Shown: piece by piece, positions 1-8,673 of the stretch
Layout of the letters: every line of letters begins with the position of its first letter
Numbering within the stretch: position 1 is the first letter of the stretch
DNA from: an uncultured archaeon
GTDB lineage: Archaea; Micrarchaeota; Micrarchaeia; Micrarchaeales; CABMGC01
Length of the DNA stretch: 64,000 nucleotides
Assembly: GCA_963787445.1 (NCBI GenBank)
Contig: CAWBCT010000005.1
Coordinates: forward strand, 224,001 to 288,000
Reading direction: 5' to 3'
Program-made: the position numbers and the translations under genes
The notes under the pieces: generated by a model
Database searches by the model: none
The model's input: the letters and a program-made list of their open reading frames with translations, nothing else
What the model was told of the DNA's origin: nothing

Positions 1-736
1 TCACAAGGAGATGTTCAAGAGGGAGCCGCCTATTTTCTACAAGTATGGCTTCATTCTGGTCAATGGCAAGAAGGCCTCAAAATCAAAGGGCAACGCAATC
101 AGTGCGGCGGATGTGCTGAAGCTCATCCCTCCGGGAATGCTGAAATACAAGCTGATAGAGTCGAACCTCGAGCAGGACAAGGACATAGTACCAAGTGGAG
201 ATGCCATGATCGCCTTGTACGAGGACGTCGAGAAAATTTCAAAGACGGAAAAGCCTGAGGAGAGAGAACTGCAGAAGAAGCGTCTCGCATTCAATATCGC
301 CATCGGCAAGCTTCCATGGAAGGCGCCGTTTGTGGACATTCTCCTTAACTACCAGATATATCGGGACTGGGACAAGGTCGGAAAGGTCGTGAATGACCCT
401 GAAGGCGCGAAATATCTTTCAAAGTACATAGAGGCCTGGCTCGCTGCAGGCTACGCTCCGGACAGGTACAACTTCGCGGTCAAGGAGACAAAGATAGGCA
501 GCATGAAGAAGGAGGTCGCCTACTTCTCAAGCCTCCTCAAGGAGGGGATGTCCGACGTTGAGATCCACAATCTCATCTACGAGACTGCAAAGCAGCAAAA
601 CGTGCCTCCGATAGAGTTCTTCAAGGCACTCTACACCGCAATGATAGGAAAGGACAACGGCCCAAGGCTAGGAAAGCTGATCGGAGCCATAGGCGTAGCT
701 AAAGTGAAGAAGATGCTCGCCTACGCCGTAAGCTGA
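1..736 (+). CDS. lysS: Class I lysyl-tRNA synthetase, C-terminal part (gene begins before the window)
   Basis: KMSKS-like motif KASKSKGN; C-terminal anticodon-binding domain FFKALY...GKDNGPRLG typical of LysRS1. Confidence 0.9.
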   Translation, partial: HKEMFKREPPIFYKYGFILVNGKKASKSKGNAISAADVLKLIPPGMLKYKLIESNLEQDKDIVPSGDAMIALYEDVEKISKTEKPEERELQKKRLAFNIAIGKLPWKAPFVDILLNYQIYRDWDKVGKVVNDPEGAKYLSKYIEAWLAAGYAPDRYNFAVKETKIGSMKKEVAYFSSLLKEGMSDVEIHNLIYETAKQQNVPPIEFFKALYTAMIGKDNGPRLGKLIGAIGVAKVKKMLAYAVS

Positions 737-749
737 TTTAGAATATTTC

Positions 750-1013
750 TCAGCAATCCAGTTGGTTCTGTGCGGTGAGAGGAGTTTGGGCTTCAGCCTT
801 AGGCCGACTTTCTATCCTCATCAATGAGCCCAAATCTATTCCCGCATCAAGCGTGTGCGCTATTGTTGAGATCTCAACAGTCTGCAATAGAGTTCGATCT
901 CTTACAGGTATTGCCCTGAGCGCTTCAAGACGTTCTGAAGCAGAAACGAAACTCTTTTCCGTACTTTGAACGGGTGCCTTTACTTCCTTCCTAAAAAATT
1001 TTATGATGCCCAT
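750..1013 (-). CDS. Small hypothetical protein (87 aa)
   Basis: ATG-started ORF filling the gap, AT-rich promoter-like region upstream; no recognisable motif. Confidence 0.5.
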   Translation of the reverse strand: MGIIKFFRKEVKAPVQSTEKSFVSASERLEALRAIPVRDRTLLQTVEISTIAHTLDAGIDLGSLMRIESRPKAEAQTPLTAQNQLDC

Positions 1014-1103
1014 AATATAACCGGGTAATCCTTAAGCTAGATTAGATATAAGAAGCTTTTCTTTAGAAAAAAGGTTTTAATTTGGCGGAACTCTCAGAGT
1101 AGA

Positions 1104-1829
1104 TTACCGCTTTCCTCTCACTTCGCACTTCTGCACCAGCGAGAGCTTGAGTATCCTGTCGCACAGCCGGTCCAGCTCCTCGATCTTGTAGGGCACGGTG
1201 TTCCTTAGGTTAGGATCCAGAGTCTTCTGAGTCCTGAACTGCTGCAGGTAGTAGGCCTTTGAGTCCTTGATTGCGTTTGCTATGCGCAGCACGTCCTCCG
1301 GCTCGACAAGACCGGGAACAACGGTTGTCCTGAACTCGTAGTCGATGCCCGAGTCCATCAGGATCCGGATGGAGGTCTTTACGTTATCCAGCAGGCGGCT
1401 CCTGTTTAGCCCGGTTCCTGAGGCGTTCCCGTACTTCTCCTGCTCGAGGGGCGCCTTTAGGTCCATGGCCACATAGTCGAGCTGGTGGGCAAGCAGTAGG
1501 CCGCCAAGAGTTAGAGGGTTAGAGCCGTTGGTGTCGAGCTTTACAAGGAATCCCATCTCCTTGCAGGATTTTATGAACGGGGCGAGCCTGGGCCAGAGGG
1601 TTGGCTCCCCGCCGGTGATCTCCACAGCCTCAACGAAACCCCTGCTTTTCTCGAGCTTTTGGAGTATCTCGCTCTCTTCGTAAACCTTGAGCTTGCCGTA
1701 CTCCTCGAAGACGAGCTCGGGGTTGTGGCAGAACGGGCAGCGCATGTTGCAGCCGCTGATGAAGACTACGGAGCAGATCTTGCCGGGATAGTCTATCAGG
1801 CTGACACGCTGGAACCCGCAGATCTTCAT
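1104..1829 (-). CDS. nrdG: Anaerobic ribonucleotide reductase activating enzyme (radical SAM)
   Basis: Starts MKICGFQRVSLIDYPG; CNMRCPFCHN (CxxxCxxC), ITGGEPT, KLDTNG, YEFRTT; directly downstream of nrdD. Start moved to the ATG at 1829. Confidence 0.93.
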   Translation of the reverse strand: MKICGFQRVSLIDYPGKICSVVFISGCNMRCPFCHNPELVFEEYGKLKVYEESEILQKLEKSRGFVEAVEITGGEPTLWPRLAPFIKSCKEMGFLVKLDTNGSNPLTLGGLLLAHQLDYVAMDLKAPLEQEKYGNASGTGLNRSRLLDNVKTSIRILMDSGIDYEFRTTVVPGLVEPEDVLRIANAIKDSKAYYLQQFRTQKTLDPNLRNTVPYKIEELDRLCDRILKLSLVQKCEVRGKR

Positions 1830-1834
1830 AAAAT

Positions 1835-2020
1835 CTATCGCTGTTCGGCAGTCTGTTGGTCGTAGGTCTTGCGGTCCTTGAACTCCTCGTTCTTGCCCGC
1901 ATTCCACTGCGCCACAGGCCTTAGGTATCCCACTATGCGCGAGTATACTTCGCAGCGCGTCCTCTCGGACTCGTAGGCCTTCAGTCGTTCATTTCTCTCT
2001 TCTTCATCCATATTTTTCAT
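1835..2020 (-). CDS. Stand-alone NrdD C-terminal glycyl-radical domain (61 aa)
   Basis: RCEVYSRIVGYLRPVAQWNAGKNEEFKDR is the class III RNR glycyl-radical loop; ATGA overlap with the nrdD stop (2017-2020); AGGTGA Shine-Dalgarno-like motif just upstream. Confidence 0.88.
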   Translation of the reverse strand: MKNMDEEERNERLKAYESERTRCEVYSRIVGYLRPVAQWNAGKNEEFKDRKTYDQQTAEQR

Positions 2021-4032
2021 GCAGTCACCTTATTGAGTATCTTCTCATCGCACTTGTAGCAGTACTCGTGCTCGCCCTCCAGGTAGCCATGCGTCGGGCA
2101 GATGCTGAAGGTTGGCGTGAGCGTGTAGTACGGCAGCCGGAAATTCTCGGCTATCTTCTTCACCAGCCTCTTCGTCGCTTCCGGCGAGTTTATCGCCTCC
2201 CCCAGGAAGGCGTGCAGCACTGTGCCTCCGGTGTACTTCGCCTGAAGGTCGTCCTGATGAGTTAGCGCCTCAAAGAGGTCGTCGGTGTAGCCCACCGGCA
2301 GGTGGGAGGAGTTCGTGTAGTATGGTGCAGCGCCGCGCTTGTATGCGGCCTCGTTGGCGACTATTATCTCCTTGAACTCTGCCTTGTCCTTCTTCGCGAA
2401 CGAGTAGGCGGTGCTTTCCGCGGGAGTAGCCTCAAGGTTGTAGATGTTGTTGGTCTCTGCCTGGTAGGCCTCGAGCTTGGTGCGCATGAAGTCAAGCACT
2501 CTCATCATGAAGGCTTTGCCCTTCTCGCTCGCTATCGAGGTCTCAAGCAGGTTGAGGCAGGCCTCGTTCGCCCCCACCACGCCTATGGTGCAGAAGTGGT
2601 TCTTCCAGTAGCCGCCGTAGGCCTTCTTTATTCCCTCCAGATAGAACTTCGAATAGGGGTATAGGCCGAGCTCGGTGAAGTGCTCAATCGTCTTGCGCTT
2701 GGTCTCAAGCCCTTCCTTGGCTATGTCCATGAGCCTGCCGAGGCGTTCCAGGAACTCGGCCTCGCTCTCGGAAAGGTAGGCGAGGCGAGGAAGGTTTAGC
2801 GTGAAGACTCCAATGGAACCCGTAAGCGGGTTGGCCCCGAAGAGCCCCCCGCCGCGCTTCTTAAGCTCGCGCGTATCGAGGCGGAGCCTGCAGCACATGC
2901 TGCGCGCGTCCTCTGGCTTCATGTCGCTGTTCACGAAGTTCGAGAAGTACGGTATTCCGTATTTTGCGGTCATGTCCCAAAGGGGTTTGTACGCGGCATT
3001 GTCCCAGTCAAAGTCTTTGGTTATATTATAGGTGGGGATTGGGAATGTGAAGACTCTGCCAACCGCATCCCCTTCTGACATGACTTCCGCAAACGCGATG
3101 TTTATGAGATCCATCTCCTTCTGGAAGTCGGAGTAGGGCGTGTCCGTGAGCTGGCCGCCGACTATGGCCGCCTCGTTTTTCATGTGCTCCGGCACCTTGA
3201 GGTCCATGGTGAGGTTTGTAAAGGGCGTCTGGAAACCCACTCTTGTTGGAACATTCATGTTGAAGACGAACTCCTGCATCGCCTGCCTCACAGCAGGATA
3301 GTCGAGCTTGTCAGCCCTCACAAAAGGCGCAAGATAGGTGTCGAAATTTGAGAAGGCCTGGGCGCCTGCGCTCTCGCCCTGAAGCGTGTAGAAGAAATTG
3401 ACTATCTGCATCAGCGCCGTCCTGAGGTGTTTCGGCGGATTTGATGCAACCTTGCCGCCCGCTCCACGGAAGCCCCTGAGAAGGAGATCCTTCAGGTCCC
3501 AGCCAACGCAATAAGGCCCTAGGAAGTTAAGATTGTGTATGTGGAAGTTGCCGTTGAGCTGCGCCTCCTTGACCTCCTTTGGGAAGATCTTGTTCAGCCA
3601 GTAGGAGGAGATCATGTTTGAGTTAAGGAAGTTATTAAGTCCCTGGATTGAGTAGTCCATGTTGGCGTTCTCCTTCACCTTCCAATCGGTTCTCTGCAGA
3701 TACCGGTCGATCAGCCTGACGTCCTCGGTTATGGAGGCCATCTCCCTGAGATCCTGGTGCTGCTTTCTGTATAGTATGTATGACTTGGCAAGCTCGGTGC
3801 TCCCCGTCTCCATGAGCACGCGCTCCACTACGTCCTGTATCTGCTCGATTGAGATCTTGTCCGTTGTGGGAAGTTCTGCGAGCACCTTCTCGGTCAGAAG
3901 CCTTGACTCTTTTTCAGCGGAATCGGCGTAGAGGCCGGTGCCGTGCATCGCCTTGAGTATCGCCTTCTCTATCTTCTCCTGCTCAAATTTTACTATCCTT
4001 CCGTCCCTTTTCACCACATTTTTAGCAACCAT
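2017..4032 (-). CDS. nrdD: Class III (anaerobic) ribonucleoside-triphosphate reductase with N-terminal ATP-cone, lacking the C-terminal Gly-radical loop
   Basis: ATP-cone VVKRDGR...KIEKAI; SMCCRL finger loop; YNLEATPAES; terminal CPTHG...CYKC zinc site. GGAGGT upstream of the ATG at 4032. Confidence 0.93.
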   Translation of the reverse strand: MVAKNVVKRDGRIVKFEQEKIEKAILKAMHGTGLYADSAEKESRLLTEKVLAELPTTDKISIEQIQDVVERVLMETGSTELAKSYILYRKQHQDLREMASITEDVRLIDRYLQRTDWKVKENANMDYSIQGLNNFLNSNMISSYWLNKIFPKEVKEAQLNGNFHIHNLNFLGPYCVGWDLKDLLLRGFRGAGGKVASNPPKHLRTALMQIVNFFYTLQGESAGAQAFSNFDTYLAPFVRADKLDYPAVRQAMQEFVFNMNVPTRVGFQTPFTNLTMDLKVPEHMKNEAAIVGGQLTDTPYSDFQKEMDLINIAFAEVMSEGDAVGRVFTFPIPTYNITKDFDWDNAAYKPLWDMTAKYGIPYFSNFVNSDMKPEDARSMCCRLRLDTRELKKRGGGLFGANPLTGSIGVFTLNLPRLAYLSESEAEFLERLGRLMDIAKEGLETKRKTIEHFTELGLYPYSKFYLEGIKKAYGGYWKNHFCTIGVVGANEACLNLLETSIASEKGKAFMMRVLDFMRTKLEAYQAETNNIYNLEATPAESTAYSFAKKDKAEFKEIIVANEAAYKRGAAPYYTNSSHLPVGYTDDLFEALTHQDDLQAKYTGGTVLHAFLGEAINSPEATKRLVKKIAENFRLPYYTLTPTFSICPTHGYLEGEHEYCYKCDEKILNKVTA

Positions 4033-4249
4033 GCAAGAACCTCCGATTTTGCGTAAAGTTGTTTGAAGCGTGTGTGTATTTAAGCAGTTTTGCGTTTGGA
4101 AATGAAGAAAGTGTAAAGAAATTTTAGGGTCGGTGTAATAACTTGGCAGTGACCTTTTCCATACCGCCACCTATTTAGCTGATAGCGGGTAGTGGTATCA
4201 AAATGGAAAACTATTTATTGGTTTAACCGCCATTTGCAATTGTGTTCCA

Positions 4250-4630
4250 ATGGCCAACAAGAACGAGTGCCCAACTCTCATCATGACGCACATACTTGGG
4301 AAGAAGTGGACGATACCCATAGTGGAGGAGGTTTACTTCGCGGATGGGAAGGCGCAGTTCAACACCATAAAGAGATCGATAAACAACATAACAGCCAAGA
4401 CGCTAAACGCCTCGCTGCGCGAGCTCTGCAGCATGGACGTGTTGGAGAGGCATGCGTTCAGGCACAACAACGTAAAGTACACAAAATACACGCTTACCGA
4501 GAGGGGCAGGATAATCGAGCAGCTGATACAGGGCACTAAGAAGCTCGGGGTCTGCTGGTACGGGCTGGAGAAGGGCTGCGCCACAAAGAAGTGCGGCAAC
4601 TGCCCGCTTTTCACAGGAAAGGGCAGGTAA
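4250..4630 (+). CDS. HxlR/DUF24-family winged-helix transcriptional regulator with Cys-rich C-tail
   Basis: CP...ILGKKWTIPI...FNTIKRSINNITAKTLNASLREL...YTLTERG pattern; tail CATKKCGNC. Confidence 0.85.
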   Translation: MANKNECPTLIMTHILGKKWTIPIVEEVYFADGKAQFNTIKRSINNITAKTLNASLRELCSMDVLERHAFRHNNVKYTKYTLTERGRIIEQLIQGTKKLGVCWYGLEKGCATKKCGNCPLFTGKGR

Positions 4631-4708
4631 TACCCGATAATGGGCATTATCTGGACGGGACAGAGCAAGTTTTAAATAGTAATAAGGGTAAACTATTAGC
4701 ACGTGTAC

Positions 4709-4717
4709 TTTTAAACC
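4709..4717 (+). promoter_or_regulatory. Putative archaeal TATA box for tRNA-Ser and the rps13 operon
   Basis: TTTTAAAC about 30 nt upstream of the tRNA 5' end at 4743. Confidence 0.5.
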
Positions 4718-4742
4718 TTACCGGAGCATATATATGCAAACT

Positions 4743-4869
4743 GCCAGGGTGGCAGAATCCGGTTAACGCGTACGCCTGGAAAGGGAACCTGTCAGCGTAT
4801 GGCTCTTCGAGCCATCTGGGTTCAAAAATAAACATCTTCGTGAGGTTTATGAAAATCCCAGCCCTGGCG
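4743..4869 (+). tRNA. tRNA-Ser(GGA) with two introns (37/38: 4782-4793; T-loop 59/60: 4827-4855)
   Basis: Acceptor GCCAGGG/CCCTGGC+G; anticodon stem TACGC/GCGTA with CT-GGA-A; long variable arm GGCTC-TTC-GAGCC; T-stem CTGGG/CCCAG. The cloverleaf forms only after removing a 12-nt and a 29-nt insert. Position upstream of rps13 is a common archaeal arrangement. Confidence 0.9.
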
Positions 4870-4892
4870 TTTTAAGTAAACGGTGAAATTGA

Positions 4893-5465
4893 ATGGATGC
4901 GAGAAAAGGAGGAAAGCCAGAGACCAGCATCATACGTATGGCTGGGCGAGACATCAACGGTAGTTACAACATTGTCCGAGGACTGGGACAGATAAAGGGG
5001 ATCGGCTACAACCTGGCGAGGGCGCTCGCAAAGTGCTACACGGTCAAGTACGGGATAGACGAGAAGACAGAGATAGGGACGCTCGAGGATGCGCAGATAG
5101 CACAGCTAGAGGCGATGATAAAGGAGCCGGCCAAGGCCGGGGTGCCGTTATACATGCTTAACAGGAGAAAGGATTCGGAGACGGGCGTGGACATGCACGT
5201 CATCGGAACCGACCTGATCGTAAAGATAAGGCAGGACGTCGACATGGGCATAAAGATGCAGACCTGGATCGGCTCCAGGCACCAGTACGGGCAGAAGGTA
5301 AGAGGACAGAAGACCAGGTCCACGGGCAGAACCGGAGCGACGGTCGGAGTCATCAAGAAGTCAGCCCAGGCAGCGGCCGCGCCGGCCAAGGAAGGAGGCG
5401 GCGGGGCAGGAAAGCCAGCGGCAGAGAAGCCTGCGGCAGCCCCGGCAGCCGCGCCGGCAAAGTAG
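4893..5465 (+). CDS. rps13: 30S ribosomal protein S13 (uS13)
   Basis: IKGIG, NRRKDSETG, RHQYGQKVRGQKTRSTGR motifs; Ala/Pro/Lys-rich tail. Confidence 0.97.
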   Translation: MDARKGGKPETSIIRMAGRDINGSYNIVRGLGQIKGIGYNLARALAKCYTVKYGIDEKTEIGTLEDAQIAQLEAMIKEPAKAGVPLYMLNRRKDSETGVDMHVIGTDLIVKIRQDVDMGIKMQTWIGSRHQYGQKVRGQKTRSTGRTGATVGVIKKSAQAAAAPAKEGGGGAGKPAAEKPAAAPAAAPAK

Positions 5466-5472
5466 TGAGTGA

Positions 5473-6036
5473 ATGGGAGCACCGAAGAGAAACCAGAAGA
5501 AGTTTGACCGCCCGTCAACGATGTGGAACAAGCAGAGAATCGAGGAAGAGCGCAAGCTTGTGAATGATTACGGACTTAAGAACCACCGCGAGCTCTGGAA
5601 GGCCACGAGCGAGATAAGAAGGATAAGAAAGAATGTGAGAGAGGTTCTTTCGGGCAGCGCGGAGGACCAGGTAGGGAAGGACGTGGTGGCAAGGCTCGCA
5701 AGGCACAACATAGTGGCGGACGGGGCAATACTCGACGACCTCCTGGTCATAACTCCTTCAGCGATTCTGGAAAGAAGGCTGCAGACAGTGGTCTACAGGA
5801 AGGGGATGGCGAAGACGCTCAGCCAGTCAAGGCAGTTCATAGCGCACGGATTCATAGCGATAAACGGGAGGAGGACGAAGTCGCCCGGATACCTGGTAAG
5901 GAAGTCCGAGGAGGCAGCAATCACCTACTACAAGCCGATAAAGATGGAACAGCCATTGCCGACAACGGCGGCGACAGCCGCAGGGACTGCCCCGGCGGCA
6001 GCGCCAGCGGCTCCGGAGGAGCCTAAGGGAGAATAA
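5473..6036 (+). CDS. rps4: 30S ribosomal protein S4 (uS4)
   Basis: [39 protein letters not shown]. Confidence 0.97.
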   Translation: MGAPKRNQKKFDRPSTMWNKQRIEEERKLVNDYGLKNHRELWKATSEIRRIRKNVREVLSGSAEDQVGKDVVARLARHNIVADGAILDDLLVITPSAILERRLQTVVYRKGMAKTLSQSRQFIAHGFIAINGRRTKSPGYLVRKSEEAAITYYKPIKMEQPLPTTAATAAGTAPAAAPAAPEEPKGE

Positions 6037-6038
6037 TC

Positions 6039-6575
6039 ATGCCAGCGAAAAAGGGCGGAAGCGCCCCAGCAAAAGGGAAGAAGACAGACAACAAGCAGGC
6101 AGCCGAGCAGCAGCAGGCGCAGGACAAGAAGAAGGGAGACGTCTCCTACGAAACAGACGTAATGGCGGCGCAGGAGAAGTTCAAGCAGAAGGGGACAAGA
6201 TGGGGAGTGGCGCACATCCTCTCATCCAAGAACAACACAATTATCACGCTTACAGACCTTTCGGGGGCAGAGACCATCGCCATAGGAAGCGGCGGGATGG
6301 TGGTCGACACGGACCACGAAGAGGGCTCGCCCTACGCAGCAACGCAGGCAGCCTACAAGGTTGCAGCTCTCGCCATAGAAAAGGGGGTCACGCACATCAA
6401 CATAAAGATAAGAGCGCCAGGAGGGCACAACTCAAAGACTCCGGGACACGGCGCCCAGGCAGTGGTCAGGGCGCTGGCGCGTTCAGGATTCAGGATAGGG
6501 AGCATAGAGGACGTTACTCCGATGCCTACCGACACGACCAAGAGGGCCGGCGGACGGCGCGGAAGGAGAGTCTAA
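6039..6575 (+). CDS. rps11: 30S ribosomal protein S11 (uS11)
   Basis: [48 protein letters not shown]. Confidence 0.97.
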   Translation: MPAKKGGSAPAKGKKTDNKQAAEQQQAQDKKKGDVSYETDVMAAQEKFKQKGTRWGVAHILSSKNNTIITLTDLSGAETIAIGSGGMVVDTDHEEGSPYAATQAAYKVAALAIEKGVTHINIKIRAPGGHNSKTPGHGAQAVVRALARSGFRIGSIEDVTPMPTDTTKRAGGRRGRRV

Positions 6576-6579
6576 TTAA

Positions 6580-7053
6580 ATGAAAAAGGCAAAAAGGAAC
6601 GAGTATCTGGTCCTTCTCGCTTTTTGCGTTCTCGCGGTAATCGCTGCTTTTGCTTATCTTCAAACTACAGTACAGAGGCCATTATCAGCATACTACGGCC
6701 AGGGCCAGATAAGCGTTTACAACACCGGCTGCGCTTCCTGCTCACCGACAAACATGAGCGTCTGGCTTGCATACACGCCAACGCAACAGGCGACGGGAAT
6801 GATGTTCAGGAAGAGTTTTGAGGGGGCACAGGGGATGCTTTTTGTGTATACTTCTGAGCAACCGCTGTGTTTCTGGATGGAGAACACGGAGATTCCTCTA
6901 AAGCAGGTATGGATAAACGCGGCGGGAAGCGTCGTGGCAGTCTATAACGCAACCCCCTACAGCACAAATTCGGTTTGCAGCAATGGGGAGTATGTGCTGG
7001 AAACTTTGCCGAACTCCAGCATCGGCCTGGGATACAATATTATGGCAAAATAG
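6580..7053 (+). CDS. DUF192-family membrane-anchored protein
   Basis: N-terminal TM helix; GMMFR...GMLFVY...FWMENTEIPL...YVLE signature. Confidence 0.85.
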   Translation: MKKAKRNEYLVLLAFCVLAVIAAFAYLQTTVQRPLSAYYGQGQISVYNTGCASCSPTNMSVWLAYTPTQQATGMMFRKSFEGAQGMLFVYTSEQPLCFWMENTEIPLKQVWINAAGSVVAVYNATPYSTNSVCSNGEYVLETLPNSSIGLGYNIMAK

Positions 7054-7062
7054 CGATTTGCA

Positions 7063-7704
7063 TTAGTACCGCAGCAAGCTAACAACCATGCTGCGAACTT
7101 GAATAACTTTGTCTAGGGATTCCTGGTGGAAAGGATGGCTGTTTTCTGCCGTAGTTAAGAGTCTCTTCGCCATCTCTTCGGGCGTTTCATAATAATCAGG
7201 GTCCTCGTTTCGCAAATGAATACTTGCGCCTTTTTCGCGCAGAAGCCTCACGAAATTTACATCGCCATTGCCCACGGCAATATGCAGCGGCGTGTCGCCG
7301 TATAGGTTCTGAACATCAACTTCAACATCCAGAGCCAGCAGCGCCTCCGCTGCAGATTGTGCATGCTTTCGTGCCGCAGGATGCAATGGAACTTCATTGA
7401 GCGCATCCCTCTGGTTAGGGTTCACTTCAAGTTCTGCCAGAAGGTTAATGGCACGGGCGCTATTACCAACTGCCGCATAGTGGATTGCGTTGCATTTCTC
7501 CCTGTCCAAAGCCTCTGGATCGGCACCGAGCTCAACCAGGGCCTTAATCGCCTCTATCTCTCCCTTCCAAGAAGCGCGGTGGATGGGCCTGACAGACCGT
7601 AGATTCTGGGCGTTAAGATCAAACCCAAAGCTAGCAATGGTTCTGATGGCCTTGACGTCCCCTCGCCCAGCGGCCTCATGCAGCCTCATGCTCCTAGTCA
7701 TCAT
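7063..7704 (-). CDS. Ankyrin-repeat protein
   Basis: About five repeats such as LHEAAGRG, PIHRASWKG, AIHYAAVG, PLHPAARK, GDTPLHIAVGNG. Confidence 0.9.
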   Translation of the reverse strand: MMTRSMRLHEAAGRGDVKAIRTIASFGFDLNAQNLRSVRPIHRASWKGEIEAIKALVELGADPEALDREKCNAIHYAAVGNSARAINLLAELEVNPNQRDALNEVPLHPAARKHAQSAAEALLALDVEVDVQNLYGDTPLHIAVGNGDVNFVRLLREKGASIHLRNEDPDYYETPEEMAKRLLTTAENSHPFHQESLDKVIQVRSMVVSLLRY

Positions 7705-7764
7705 ATGTTAATATGCGGGCTGTATCAGATATAAATAATTGTCGTACAAAGCCCGTCTCTATTT

Positions 7765-8673
7765 CTAAACTACGATTGCGATGATCGTGGTGAGCAGCAG
7801 GGAGACGCTGAAGTTGTCATCCATCGGGAGTGGAAGGCTCTCCACGAATGCGGCTAGTGCCGCCAATGGCAACGCCCAATAACCTACAATAAAGTAGGAT
7901 ATTATTAGCACCGGGACAAAGTACGCAAGCGATCCGGCTATGCTCTTCTTGTTGTTGTACGGAAGTTTTATGTGACCATATCTAACCCCTATCAGGGTCG
8001 AGAATGAGTCCCCGATGAAGATTGCGGCGAAGATAGGGATTGCTAGCGTTGGGCCAAGGAACGCGGCAGCGAACAAGGCACCCATCCCAAGCCAGACGGC
8101 ACCGTAGCCCATGTAGAAGCCCTGGCGTTCCATGCTGGACAGTCGGCCGGATAGCCTGCTGTTCGGGTTCCTTATGGCGTAATCAAGAAGTATTATGCCA
8201 ACTAGGAAGAGGGAGAGCAGCAGGGTCTCCGAGATGGCCGTCCTGATGAATATGAAGAGAAGGATCAGGAAGACTCCAGACACTATCTGGAAGATGTTGC
8301 GTGGGCGCTCGACGCGCATCTTCGCCTTTCCAAGGTTTGGTCTGGCATAGGGAACTGTTGCGCTAAGCGCGCCGATCACGGCGGCCTGAAGCACCAGCGG
8401 GGCGCTTGTTCCCAGAGTCACGAAGATGAAAAAGATTCCAGCAAGGATATACAGGATCCCGAGCCTTTTGCCGTAGGAAGCTAATATCGCGTTGAAGATG
8501 ATGACCCCGCTAAGAAGCGAGTCGCTGACTATCCCCTCGTGCAGGAAGATCAGGTAGGCCGCAGCAAGAAAGATCAGAAGCAGACCAGGCTCCCTCATGT
8601 CGCGGGTTGAAAATAACTTGTATACGAAGACCAGGAGACCGACAAGCAGGAGTAGGGTAGGAAGATAGTCCAT
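7765..8673 (-). CDS. Dolichol/phytol kinase-like membrane protein (SEC59/DGK1/VTE5 family)
   Basis: Polytopic; GDSFSTLIGVRYG...KKSIAGS...VESLPLPMDDN motif. Confidence 0.8.
   Translation of the reverse strand: MDYLPTLLLLVGLLVFVYKLFSTRDMREPGLLLIFLAAAYLIFLHEGIVSDSLLSGVIIFNAILASYGKRLGILYILAGIFFIFVTLGTSAPLVLQAAVIGALSATVPYARPNLGKAKMRVERPRNIFQIVSGVFLILLFIFIRTAISETLLLSLFLVGIILLDYAIRNPNSRLSGRLSSMERQGFYMGYGAVWLGMGALFAAAFLGPTLAIPIFAAIFIGDSFSTLIGVRYGHIKLPYNNKKSIAGSLAYFVPVLIISYFIVGYWALPLAALAAFVESLPLPMDDNFSVSLLLTTIIAIVV

Noticed and set aside
4636-4651. Inverted repeat GATAATG-GG-CATTATC after the HxlR gene
   Set aside because: Single short repeat with a 2-nt spacer and no U-tract; function not supportable.
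4591-4875. ORFs of 94 aa (+) and 62 aa (-)
   Set aside because: They overlap the intron-containing tRNA-Ser.
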